NCBI GenBank assembly: GCA_041650475.1
Contig: JBAZLD010000005.1
Span: 623 to 64,622 of the forward strand
DNA from: Candidatus Babeliales bacterium
GTDB lineage: Bacteria > Babelota > Babeliae > Babelales > UASB340
Length of the DNA stretch: 64,000 nt
Reading direction: 5' to 3'
Below the pieces are notes generated by a model. It had not been told where the DNA came from. It did no database searches and worked only from the letters and a program-made list of their open reading frames with translations. The translations under genes were made by a program, and so were the position numbers. Each line of letters opens with the position of its first letter. Position 1 is the first letter of the stretch. Shown here in pieces: positions 44,126 to 52,164 of the stretch.

Positions 44126-44623
44126 TTACTCTTCTTCTGTTTTAACCTGTTTATCTTTTTCCTGATCATATAACTTATTAATTTTGCAATATTCATCTAA
44201 AATGCCATTTATGAATTTATAAGCATCTTTTTCTGCAAAACCTTTTGCTAACTCTATTGCCTCATTAATTATAATCGACGGGGCAATTTCCTTTTGCATT
44301 AATTCCCAAATAGCCAGTCTTAGAATAAGAAGGGTACAACACCCTAATCTTTCTATTTTCCAATTTTTTAACAATGGTTTAATTTGATTATCTAATTCTT
44401 GCCGGCTCTCAATAATGTTTTTAGCCATTTTAATTGCGTCAGAATCTTCTGGAATTTCCAAATTAAAACCAGTTCTAAAAACATCAATAAGTTCTTCAAA
44501 ATCAATAGTATAATCAAATCTATCTGCTGCATATAAAATATGAAAGGCTAAAGACCGAGTCTCTCGTCGTGACTTAATTTTATAAGAACAATTTTCATCA
44601 CATTTTGTATCACAATCAGACAT
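44126..44623 (-). CDS. nusB: Transcription antitermination factor NusB
   Basis: 165 aa. It contains RSLAFHILYAAD, LLILRLAIWEL, INEAIELAK and FINGILD. Confidence 0.85.
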   Translation of the reverse strand: MSDCDTKCDENCSYKIKSRRETRSLAFHILYAADRFDYTIDFEELIDVFRTGFNLEIPEDSDAIKMAKNIIESRQELDNQIKPLLKNWKIERLGCCTLLILRLAIWELMQKEIAPSIIINEAIELAKGFAEKDAYKFINGILDEYCKINKLYDQEKDKQVKTEEE

Positions 44624-44624
44624 A

Positions 44625-45185
44625 TTAGATTACTCTTTCTATATACTTATCTTGTCTTGTGTCTACTTTAATTTTGTCGCCTTCATTTATAAACAAAGGC
44701 ACAGAAACGACAACCCCTGTCTCTAATGTAGCAGGTTTGTTGCCACCCTGAGCGGTGTCTCCTTTTACACCAGGGATAGTATTTTTAACTTTTAATATCA
44801 TAAACATCGGAGGTTCAACAGAGATAGGTTTACCCTGAAAGAAAAGAACTGTATAAATTTCGCTTTCTTTAAGATATTGTTTAACAGATTCTACGTGATC
44901 AGCATCAAAATCTACCTGTTCAAAACTTTCTTGATCCATAAAGTGATAAAGGTCATCCGCATACAAATATTGCATGCTTTTACTTTCTAAGTCTGGTTCA
45001 GGAAATTTTTCTCCAGATCTAAAAGTTTCTTCTAAAAGCCTACCTGTTATCAAATTTTTCAATTTGGTGCGCATAAAAGCGCCACCTTTACCCGGTTTTA
45101 CATGATGAAATTCAACAACAAGCCAAGGCTCATTGTTCCACAATATTTTTGAAGAACCACGTTTAAAATCTGACGTCGAAATCAC
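44625..45185 (-). CDS. efp: Elongation factor P
   Basis: 186 aa. The sequence is ISTSDFKRG...VVEFHHVKPGKGGAFMRTKLKNLITGR. Confidence 0.92.
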   Translation of the reverse strand: MISTSDFKRGSSKILWNNEPWLVVEFHHVKPGKGGAFMRTKLKNLITGRLLEETFRSGEKFPEPDLESKSMQYLYADDLYHFMDQESFEQVDFDADHVESVKQYLKESEIYTVLFFQGKPISVEPPMFMILKVKNTIPGVKGDTAQGGNKPATLETGVVVSVPLFINEGDKIKVDTRQDKYIERVI

Positions 45186-45324
45186 TTTAAAGCTCCTCTA
45201 TATTTTCAATTTATAAAAACAAAAAAACTTTAGATTAAATATAAATTTTAATTTACACTTAATCTAAAGTCAAAAATATATTTTTAAAAGGCCAATATTA
45301 ATTTATTACTTTTTTATTAATGTA

Positions 45325-45630
45325 TTATTTTTTGTTTTTTAAAATTTCAATCTCTTTTTCTAATTTTTTTATTTTTTCTTCAAGCATTTCAAACCTTTTT
45401 GTAACATTTCCATCCATTGTCTTTAACGCTTCATGTAAATCTCTAACCCTATCACGCAAACCTTCATCAGAACTTGGTGGTTTTGTTGAAGAACTCATAA
45501 TTGCTCCGGTTAACAATCCCCCCATCATTCCACCTGCCATACCACCAGCAAAAGAATCCCCACCTCTTGCAAATAAAATTCCTGAAAAACAACTTAAAAA
45601 TACAAAAATACAAATTTTATTCTTAAACAT
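45325..45630 (-). CDS. Glycine-zipper secreted protein, short paralog (no C-terminal TM)
   Basis: The track ORF is trimmed to MFKNKICIFVFLSCFSGILFARGG (ATG at 45630, GGGG upstream). It has the zipper SFAGGMAGGMMGGLLTGAIM followed by a coiled coil. Confidence 0.7.
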   Translation of the reverse strand: MFKNKICIFVFLSCFSGILFARGGDSFAGGMAGGMMGGLLTGAIMSSSTKPPSSDEGLRDRVRDLHEALKTMDGNVTKRFEMLEEKIKKLEKEIEILKNKK

Positions 45631-45647
45631 AAAATTCCCCTTTTTTC

Positions 45648-45682
45648 GTTCGTAGTGAGCCTTCGACAGGCTCAGGGCGAAC
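45648..45682 (-). other. GC-rich intercistronic stem-loop (REP-like?)
   Basis: The minus strand reads GTTCG-CCCT-GAGCC-tgtcgaa-GGCTC-ACTA-CGAAC. It contains CGCCCTGAGC, which is identical to 42501-42510 in the transposase left arm. Confidence 0.5.
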
Positions 45683-45684
45683 AT

Positions 45685-46116
45685 CTATTCTTTTCTATTA
45701 TGTTTTTTAAAAAACATAAAACCTAAAACAACAACTGCTACAAATAATAAACCCAAAAGAACAATTAAAATCATTGTTACTTGCTTACTTCCTTGTTGTC
45801 CTGCAAGTCTTGATTCTAAATCTTTTAATTTTTCTTGTTCCCGCTCTCTTTTTAATTGTTCTGTTTGTTCTTGCAATCTACGAGTTTCTCTTTCTTGTTC
45901 TCTTCTTAGTTGTTCTGTTTTTTCTTGAGCTATTCTAGCTTCTTGCTCAGCTCTACTGGAACTACCAGAATCTTTAGTCATTGCACCAGTAATCAAACCA
46001 CCAACCATTCCACCTGCAAGTCCACCAGCAAAACTTTCACCTCCACCTCTTGCGCACAAACTGCCCAAAAAACATGTTAAAATTACAAGCGTATAAATTC
46101 TATTTTTTATAAACAT
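45685..46116 (-). CDS. Glycine-zipper / coiled-coil membrane protein
   Basis: 143 aa. It has a signal peptide, the zipper SFAGGLAGGMVGGLITGAM, the coiled coil EQTEQLKREREQEKLK and the C-terminal TM ILIVLLGLLFVAVVVLGFMFF. Confidence 0.75.
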   Translation of the reverse strand: MFIKNRIYTLVILTCFLGSLCARGGGESFAGGLAGGMVGGLITGAMTKDSGSSSRAEQEARIAQEKTEQLRREQERETRRLQEQTEQLKREREQEKLKDLESRLAGQQGSKQVTMILIVLLGLLFVAVVVLGFMFFKKHNRKE

Positions 46117-46132
46117 AAAGTTACAGCTCCTT

Positions 46133-46663
46133 TCAAGCCTTTTTATCTTGTTTTCTAAAAAACATAAAACCTAAAACAACAATCGATACAAAAAGCAATG
46201 CTAATAAAATTGTTAAAACCATTGTTACTTGTTTGCCCTCTTGCTCAGAAAATTTTGATTCTAAAGCTTTTAATTTTTCTTGTTCGCGTTCTCTTTTTAA
46301 TTGTTCTGTTTGTTCCTGCAACCTAAGAGCTTCTTTTTCTTGATCTCTTCTTAGTTGTTCTGTTTGTTCTTGAGCTCTTCTTGCTTCCTCTTCTGCTCTC
46401 ATTGAACTACTAGAATCTTGAGTCATTGTGCCAGTAATCAAACCACCCATCATTCCACCAGCCATACCCCCAACAAAGCTTGAACCACCGCCATAATCAT
46501 ATCTTCTATGCCCATGATGCCTTCCCTTATGGCGGCTACTACTAGGACGACTTCCAGATCTACGACTACTACTAGGACGCCCACCACCTCTGCGAGGCAA
46601 AATAATTACATTTGATGCTAATAAAGAAAAACATAACAACAAATAAAAAAATATCTTTTTCAT
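46133..46663 (-). CDS. Glycine-zipper / coiled-coil membrane protein with Arg/Ser/His-rich N-extension
   Basis: The track ORF is trimmed to MKKIFFYLLLCFSLLASN. It has the duplicated GRPSSSRRS/GSRPSSSRHK unit, then SFVGGMAGGMMGGLITGTM, a coiled coil and a C-terminal TM. Confidence 0.75.
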   Translation of the reverse strand: MKKIFFYLLLCFSLLASNVIILPRRGGGRPSSSRRSGSRPSSSRHKGRHHGHRRYDYGGGSSFVGGMAGGMMGGLITGTMTQDSSSSMRAEEEARRAQEQTEQLRRDQEKEALRLQEQTEQLKREREQEKLKALESKFSEQEGKQVTMVLTILLALLFVSIVVLGFMFFRKQDKKA

Positions 46664-46823
46664 TAAAAACCTCTCCCCCAAAAAATAAAATTAAAACATA
46701 AATAATCTTTATGCTATATTACCCCAATATTTACATATTTTTATATTGTCAAAATTTGACATAATACGTCAATAATTTGTATCAATATTAGAAATAATGG
46801 ACCCAAAATAGAAAGGTGAAGAA

Positions 46824-48074
46824 ATGCAAAACTATATTTTCGAGCTAATAAAAGAAGAAAAAATTAGAGAAGAAAAAACTATAAATCTTATAGCATCAGA
46901 AAATTATGCCAGTCCAGAAATTTTGCAAGCCACAGGATCTATTTTGACAAACAAATATGCAGAAGGTTATCCAGGAGCCCGATATTATGGTGGTTGTCAG
47001 ATAATAGACAAAGTAGAAACTTATGCAATAGACATATGCAAAAAACTTTTTAATGCAGAACACGCCAATGTCCAACCACATTCTGGTTCCAGCGCAAATT
47101 TTGGAGTTTATTTTAGTCAGCTAAAACCAGGAGATACAGTTTTAGGAATGGCACTAAATGCAGGAGGTCACTTAACTCATGGCCACAAAATAAATTTTTC
47201 TGGCGCAATTTTTAATTTTATACCATATGGAGTAAATCCTGAGACAGAACAACTTGATTATGATGAAATAGAAATTTTAGCCCAACAACATAAACCAAAA
47301 ATGATAGTTGCAGGTGCATCTGCATATTCAAGATTTATAGATTTTGCAAAATTACATAAAATAGCAAAAAATAATAATTGCTTACTCTTGGTAGATATGG
47401 CACATATTGCAGGACTTGTAGCAGCACAACTGCATCCAAGCCCAATACCTTTTGCAGATTTTGTTAGCAGTACAACACATAAAACACTAAGAGGACCAAG
47501 AAGCGGTTTTATTTGCTGCAAATCTGAATTTGCACAAAAATTGGACAAATCAATAATGCCTGGAATTCAAGGCGGACCATTAATGCATGTGGTGGCAGCA
47601 AAAGCAATCGCTTTCGAGCAAGCTCAAACAAAAGAATTTAAAAAATATCAAGAACAAGTAATAAAAAACGCAAAAGCTATGGCTCAAACTTTTATACAAC
47701 TTGGTTATAGAATAGTATCTGGAGGCACAGATAATCATTTATTTTTGATAGATTTACAAGATAAAAATATAAAAGATAATTTGCCGGAAACACAAAAACT
47801 TTCAGGCAAATTAGTTGAACATTTATTGCAAAAATGCAGCATAATTTTAAATAGAAACACAATTCCTTTTGATAACCAACCACCAACAAATCCTAGTGGG
47901 ATCAGAATAGGTACACCTGCAATTACAACCAGAGGTTTTGATGAAACTCATTCCTGCAAAATAGCTTATTTTATTGATGAGGCAATAAAAAACAGATTCG
48001 ATGAAAATTTTTTAAGCAAACTTAAAGTAAAAGTTGAACAACTTTGTAAAAATTTTCCTATATATAAAGAATAA
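46824..48074 (+). CDS. glyA: Serine hydroxymethyltransferase
   Basis: 416 aa. It contains NLIASENY, YAEGYPGARYYGG and the PLP-lysine region TTHKTLRGPRSG. Confidence 0.92.
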   Translation: MQNYIFELIKEEKIREEKTINLIASENYASPEILQATGSILTNKYAEGYPGARYYGGCQIIDKVETYAIDICKKLFNAEHANVQPHSGSSANFGVYFSQLKPGDTVLGMALNAGGHLTHGHKINFSGAIFNFIPYGVNPETEQLDYDEIEILAQQHKPKMIVAGASAYSRFIDFAKLHKIAKNNNCLLLVDMAHIAGLVAAQLHPSPIPFADFVSSTTHKTLRGPRSGFICCKSEFAQKLDKSIMPGIQGGPLMHVVAAKAIAFEQAQTKEFKKYQEQVIKNAKAMAQTFIQLGYRIVSGGTDNHLFLIDLQDKNIKDNLPETQKLSGKLVEHLLQKCSIILNRNTIPFDNQPPTNPSGIRIGTPAITTRGFDETHSCKIAYFIDEAIKNRFDENFLSKLKVKVEQLCKNFPIYKE

Positions 48075-48094
48075 AACATGATAAATTGCCTTTT

Positions 48095-49831
48095 ATGAAT
48101 AGCTTAAAAAAAATTTTAAGATACACAAAAAAATATTGGTCTTACTTGCTTCTTTCGGTGTTTACAGCTTCTTTGTATGGATTAGCTTCTGGTGCACCAA
48201 CTTATGTTATTAAATTTGCTGTTGATGAAGTATTTGTAAAAAAAATAAATTCTCTTTTGATCCCATTTATATTATGTTTCTTATTATTATTTACACTCAA
48301 AGGTGTATTCATGTATTTATCAAATTATTACATGAACTTTGTGGGCAACAAGGTTATAAACGATATCAGACAAGATTTATTTAATAAAGTTGTGTATTTT
48401 CCAATATCTTTTTTTCAAAAAAATACAACCGGCCAACTAATGTCACATTTTTTAAACGATATTCAAATGATACAAAACGCTTCATCTTCTTCGATTAAAA
48501 ATGGCGTTCGTAGTTTTTTTGAAGCTATAGTTTTAATTGGCATAGCATTTACGCAAAATTGGAAACTTTCTCTTTTAATGATTATTGTTGGCCCAGCAAT
48601 AGGGCTTTGTATTCAAAAAATGGGCCGATCGATAAAATCTGCTTCTGTAAATATTCAAAAAAGCATGGGCAACATAAGCAATAACTTGCAGGAAGTTTTT
48701 ATTGGCATTCGTGAAGTTAAAGCTTTTAACGGTGAAAAAATAGAGATTAATAGATTAAATAAAAATTTATCTGAATGTTTTTTTTCTATAATGCGTAATG
48801 TACATATAGAATCTTTGGCTCCAGCATTTATAGAAACAATTGCAATGTTTGGTAGCAGCATAGTTTTTTATATTGCAGCACAGCAAATAATGGCCGGAAC
48901 TATTACGGCCGGACAAATAACAGCATTTTTTGCTTCAATTTTATTGGCTTATCAACCATTAAAAAGATTAATTAATGTTTATTCAGAAATTCAATATGCT
49001 TTGGCTGCTGCAGATAGAATTTTTGATTTAATGGAAAAAGTTTATCCAGCAACTTTACACAAACAAGATAATTTAATTATTAAAGATAAATTTAATTTAA
49101 TTAAATTCGATAATTTATCTTTTAGCTATAACGCTAAAACACCTGTTTTGCAAAATATAAATTTAGAAATTAATAAAGGCGAAAAAATAGGCCTTATTGG
49201 GCCATCTGGTTCAGGCAAAAGTACGTTGTGTGATCTTTTGCTTTGTTTTATAACACCAAGTTCAGGCAAAATTTTTATAAATAATCATGATATAACACAC
49301 ATTCCCTTAAAAACATTACGTGATCAAATAGGATATGTAGGCCAAAAAACATTTTTATTTAATGACACTATTCTTGCAAATATTAGTTACTCTCAACAAA
49401 ATAAAACAGAACAAGATATAATTAAAGCTTGCAAAGCTGCTCATGCCGATGAATTTATTCAAAAATTGCCATCCAATTATCAAACAATAGTTGGAGAGAA
49501 TGGCAACCTGTTATCTGGTGGTCAAAAACAAAGAATCACTATTGCTCGTGCTCTTTTAAAAGATCCACAAATTTTAATTTTTGATGAAGCTACTTCTGCT
49601 CTAGATCATGAATCTGAAGAAATGATAAGATTAACATTACAAGAAGCTGGTAAAAATAAAACAATAATTATAATTTCTCACAGATTATCTTTTATTGAAA
49701 ATATGGATAGAATTTTTTTATTGCAAAATAAGCAATTAAAAGAAATTGATAAAAAAAATATTTTTAATAAAAATTTGTATCAAGATTATGGGGAATTTAG
49801 TAATGAAAATAAATTCGATAAAATTTTATGA
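48095..49831 (+). CDS. msbA: ABC exporter, fused permease/ATPase, MsbA-like (lipid A or glycolipid export)
   Basis: About 578 aa counted from the ATG at 48095. It has six N-terminal TM helices, Walker A GPSGSGKST, the signature LSGGQKQRITIARA and Walker B ILIFDEATSALD. Assigning the substrate as lipid A is inference. Confidence 0.7.
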   Translation: MNSLKKILRYTKKYWSYLLLSVFTASLYGLASGAPTYVIKFAVDEVFVKKINSLLIPFILCFLLLFTLKGVFMYLSNYYMNFVGNKVINDIRQDLFNKVVYFPISFFQKNTTGQLMSHFLNDIQMIQNASSSSIKNGVRSFFEAIVLIGIAFTQNWKLSLLMIIVGPAIGLCIQKMGRSIKSASVNIQKSMGNISNNLQEVFIGIREVKAFNGEKIEINRLNKNLSECFFSIMRNVHIESLAPAFIETIAMFGSSIVFYIAAQQIMAGTITAGQITAFFASILLAYQPLKRLINVYSEIQYALAAADRIFDLMEKVYPATLHKQDNLIIKDKFNLIKFDNLSFSYNAKTPVLQNINLEINKGEKIGLIGPSGSGKSTLCDLLLCFITPSSGKIFINNHDITHIPLKTLRDQIGYVGQKTFLFNDTILANISYSQQNKTEQDIIKACKAAHADEFIQKLPSNYQTIVGENGNLLSGGQKQRITIARALLKDPQILIFDEATSALDHESEEMIRLTLQEAGKNKTIIIISHRLSFIENMDRIFLLQNKQLKEIDKKNIFNKNLYQDYGEFSNENKFDKIL

Positions 49832-50603
49832 TAACTATTTTTCTGGACAAGATTTTGCAACTTACAGATATGATGTTGGTAGTTTTTGTACAAGAAAGGC
49901 AATAATTTCTCAAATTTCACACAAATCAGGAAATTTATTAGAAATAGGGACAGGCATTTCAAGTTTATTAATAGATCTTCAAAATTTTAATTGTTATGGC
50001 ATAGATATTTCAGCTAAAACAATTAATTTTATTCAAAATTTGTTTAATCAAATAAACAAAAAAGCAATTTTAAACGTTGGTGATGCAACAAAATTACCTT
50101 TTGAATCAAATTTTTTTGATACAATAATATCCTCTCATACACTAGAACACATTAAAAATGATTTTTCGGTAATAAAAGAATGTGCACGTGTATTAAAAAA
50201 TAAAGGTGAACTTATAATATTTGTTCCAGGCAGAATAAATGGTATTGCAACAAAAAAAGAATTTCGAAAATATGGCCACTATCGTTATTACAATTTAAAA
50301 AGATTTAAAGAATTAGAAAATTTTGTTTATCCTGAATTAAAAATAAAAAATATTATTTATCCACATAAAATTCATAATTTAATCTGGAATAGATTAAAAA
50401 ATTTATTTAGATACGCAAATTATCCAATAAAAAAATGGATTTTTAGAGATAACAAAAGTTACGAACTTAGGCCTACTTATCAAAAAATATTTTTACCAAC
50501 AATATCAATTACTCTAGATGCTTTAGACAAACTAACTAGAAATTCAGAAAAAAATTTATTTGGCACAGAATTTAATGTTTTAATAAAATTTGAAAAATCT
50601 TGA
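49803..50603 (+). CDS. Class I SAM-dependent methyltransferase
   Basis: The track ORF is trimmed to MKINSIKFYDNYF. It has motif I LLEIGTGIS and the later block FDTIISSHTLEHI. It overlaps the msbA 3' end. Confidence 0.7.
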   Translation: MKINSIKFYDNYFSGQDFATYRYDVGSFCTRKAIISQISHKSGNLLEIGTGISSLLIDLQNFNCYGIDISAKTINFIQNLFNQINKKAILNVGDATKLPFESNFFDTIISSHTLEHIKNDFSVIKECARVLKNKGELIIFVPGRINGIATKKEFRKYGHYRYYNLKRFKELENFVYPELKIKNIIYPHKIHNLIWNRLKNLFRYANYPIKKWIFRDNKSYELRPTYQKIFLPTISITLDALDKLTRNSEKNLFGTEFNVLIKFEKS

Positions 50604-51485
50604 AAATTTATTTTTTATCCTAAAAAATATGTTTTTATTTTTTTTATTTATTAAAACTTCAGGATTAATTTTTATAATATTTTCATGAATATTTCTAAAT
50701 TTTTCACCAGTTAAACTTAAATCTTGAAAATTTTTTTCTTTTAGCATGCCAAGATTATTTAGTTTTTTATCATAAAAAATATTTTCCCATTTTTTAAAAT
50801 AATTTAAATTATCTTGATTTTGTTTCTTGTGGTTAGTTTTAATTACACCCAAATTTGCATGAGGATAATGCTCAATAAAAGATTCTGGGCAATCTATTGC
50901 GGTATAACCTTTATGCCATAACTTTAAACACAGATCACCATCACCGTTATAAAAAAAATATCTATCTTCATCTATATAATCAATTTCTTTTAAAGCAGAA
51001 TTTAAATATAAACCGTGATTCACGTACATTTTATTGCCAAGCGTATAAGCAACATAATATTTTTCTTGTTTAGACCAGTTTCTATAATAAAATGCAACAG
51101 CACCAATTTTTTTATTATTTTCTAATTCTTTTTCAAACAAATTATATCCATTTTTAATAGCACCAGGCACAACCAAACAATCATCACTTAGCATGCAAAT
51201 ATATTTACCTTGAGCGCATTTAAAACCTAAATTCATAAAGTATCCCCACGATCTTCGCTCAATTTTTTTGCCTTGCCACTCGCCTCTATTATATTGAACA
51301 ATAGTAATAATATCTTTTTGTTTTATTAGCCAATCAATAGTGCCGTCGTCCGAACCACCATCTATTATTATTGTTTCATAGTTCCAATCAAAAAGTTCTT
51401 GCCTGATAGAATCAACTGTTAATTTAAGAAAGTCTAAGCGATTATATGTGCCAAGTACAACAGAAATTAGATTATTTTTTTTCAT
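50580..51485 (-). CDS. Family 2 glycosyltransferase
   Basis: 301 aa. It contains ISVVLGTYNRLDFLKLTVDSI, IIIDGGSDDGT and the DD motif SDDCLV. Confidence 0.8.
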   Translation of the reverse strand: MKKNNLISVVLGTYNRLDFLKLTVDSIRQELFDWNYETIIIDGGSDDGTIDWLIKQKDIITIVQYNRGEWQGKKIERRSWGYFMNLGFKCAQGKYICMLSDDCLVVPGAIKNGYNLFEKELENNKKIGAVAFYYRNWSKQEKYYVAYTLGNKMYVNHGLYLNSALKEIDYIDEDRYFFYNGDGDLCLKLWHKGYTAIDCPESFIEHYPHANLGVIKTNHKKQNQDNLNYFKKWENIFYDKKLNNLGMLKEKNFQDLSLTGEKFRNIHENIIKINPEVLINKKNKNIFFRIKNKFSRFFKFY

Positions 51486-51508
51486 ATTTTTTACAAAAAT
51501 TTTATAAA

Positions 51509-52090
51509 TTAAATGGCAAGAAAATTAACATTTCTATTCATGATTAAAAATTGTTTATTTTTTGCATCCCAAATAATAAACAATAAATTATCTTTTTTAT
51601 ATTTATCATCAAGAACATATTCATAAATTGTTTCATCACCAGTCTTATTAACAAGTGTTAATTTACCCATTTTGTTTGTATCATCTCCACCATCCAAAGA
51701 CAGTGTTTTGCTTTTTATTTTAAAAAATATTTTTCCAACTCTTTGTTCGATAAATATCTTGTCATTTTCTTTATCAATTTCGCCATTCAAAAAAGTTGCT
51801 TTATCATAATAAATAGGTTGTCCAATTTTCGTTAAACGATTTTCTTTTTCGTAATTATTATTGAATTTTAAATTTTTAGGCAAAAGAAAAAAAACTAACT
51901 CTTTGTCCTTTATTTCATGATTTTTTTTTAATTCTGAAACAGCATTATAAATGCTATAATATTCTTTTAAATACCCACTATTTGTTTTATAAAGATAAAA
52001 TCCCCCAAATATTATTAAGAAAAAAAATAAAATAAAAATTGCTTTATTATTACATAAGATACATGCTCTACTCGTTTTATTTTTACACAT
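51509..52090 (-). CDS. Membrane-anchored protein homologous to the C-terminal domain of the 52165-53934 GT-C enzyme
   Basis: 193 aa with one N-terminal TM helix. ELKKNHEIKDKELVFFLLP, GQPIYYD and LLFIIWDAKNKQFLIM align with KLTQNLEIKNRALCFLAHP, ETPIYCD and PVFIAWDYENKEFKIL of the neighbouring gene. Confidence 0.65.
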   Translation of the reverse strand: MCKNKTSRACILCNNKAIFILFFFLIIFGGFYLYKTNSGYLKEYYSIYNAVSELKKNHEIKDKELVFFLLPKNLKFNNNYEKENRLTKIGQPIYYDKATFLNGEIDKENDKIFIEQRVGKIFFKIKSKTLSLDGGDDTNKMGKLTLVNKTGDETIYEYVLDDKYKKDNLLFIIWDAKNKQFLIMNRNVNFLAI

Positions 52091-52164
52091 AAACTTTCTC
52101 CTTTTTTTTAGTTAAACTTATAATTTACAAAATTATAATAAAAAAAATTAGGAGAGTAAAAAAA

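Noticed and set aside
45320-45655. 111-aa plus-strand ORF antisense to the glycine-zipper gene, and the N-terminal extension MFALSLSKAHYERKKGNF of track ORF 45325-45684
   Set aside because: The antisense ORF is the Pro/Ile mirror image of the Gly-zipper. The extension is a translation of the GC-rich intergenic hairpin. The ATG at 45630 gives a normal signal peptide with a GGGG RBS.
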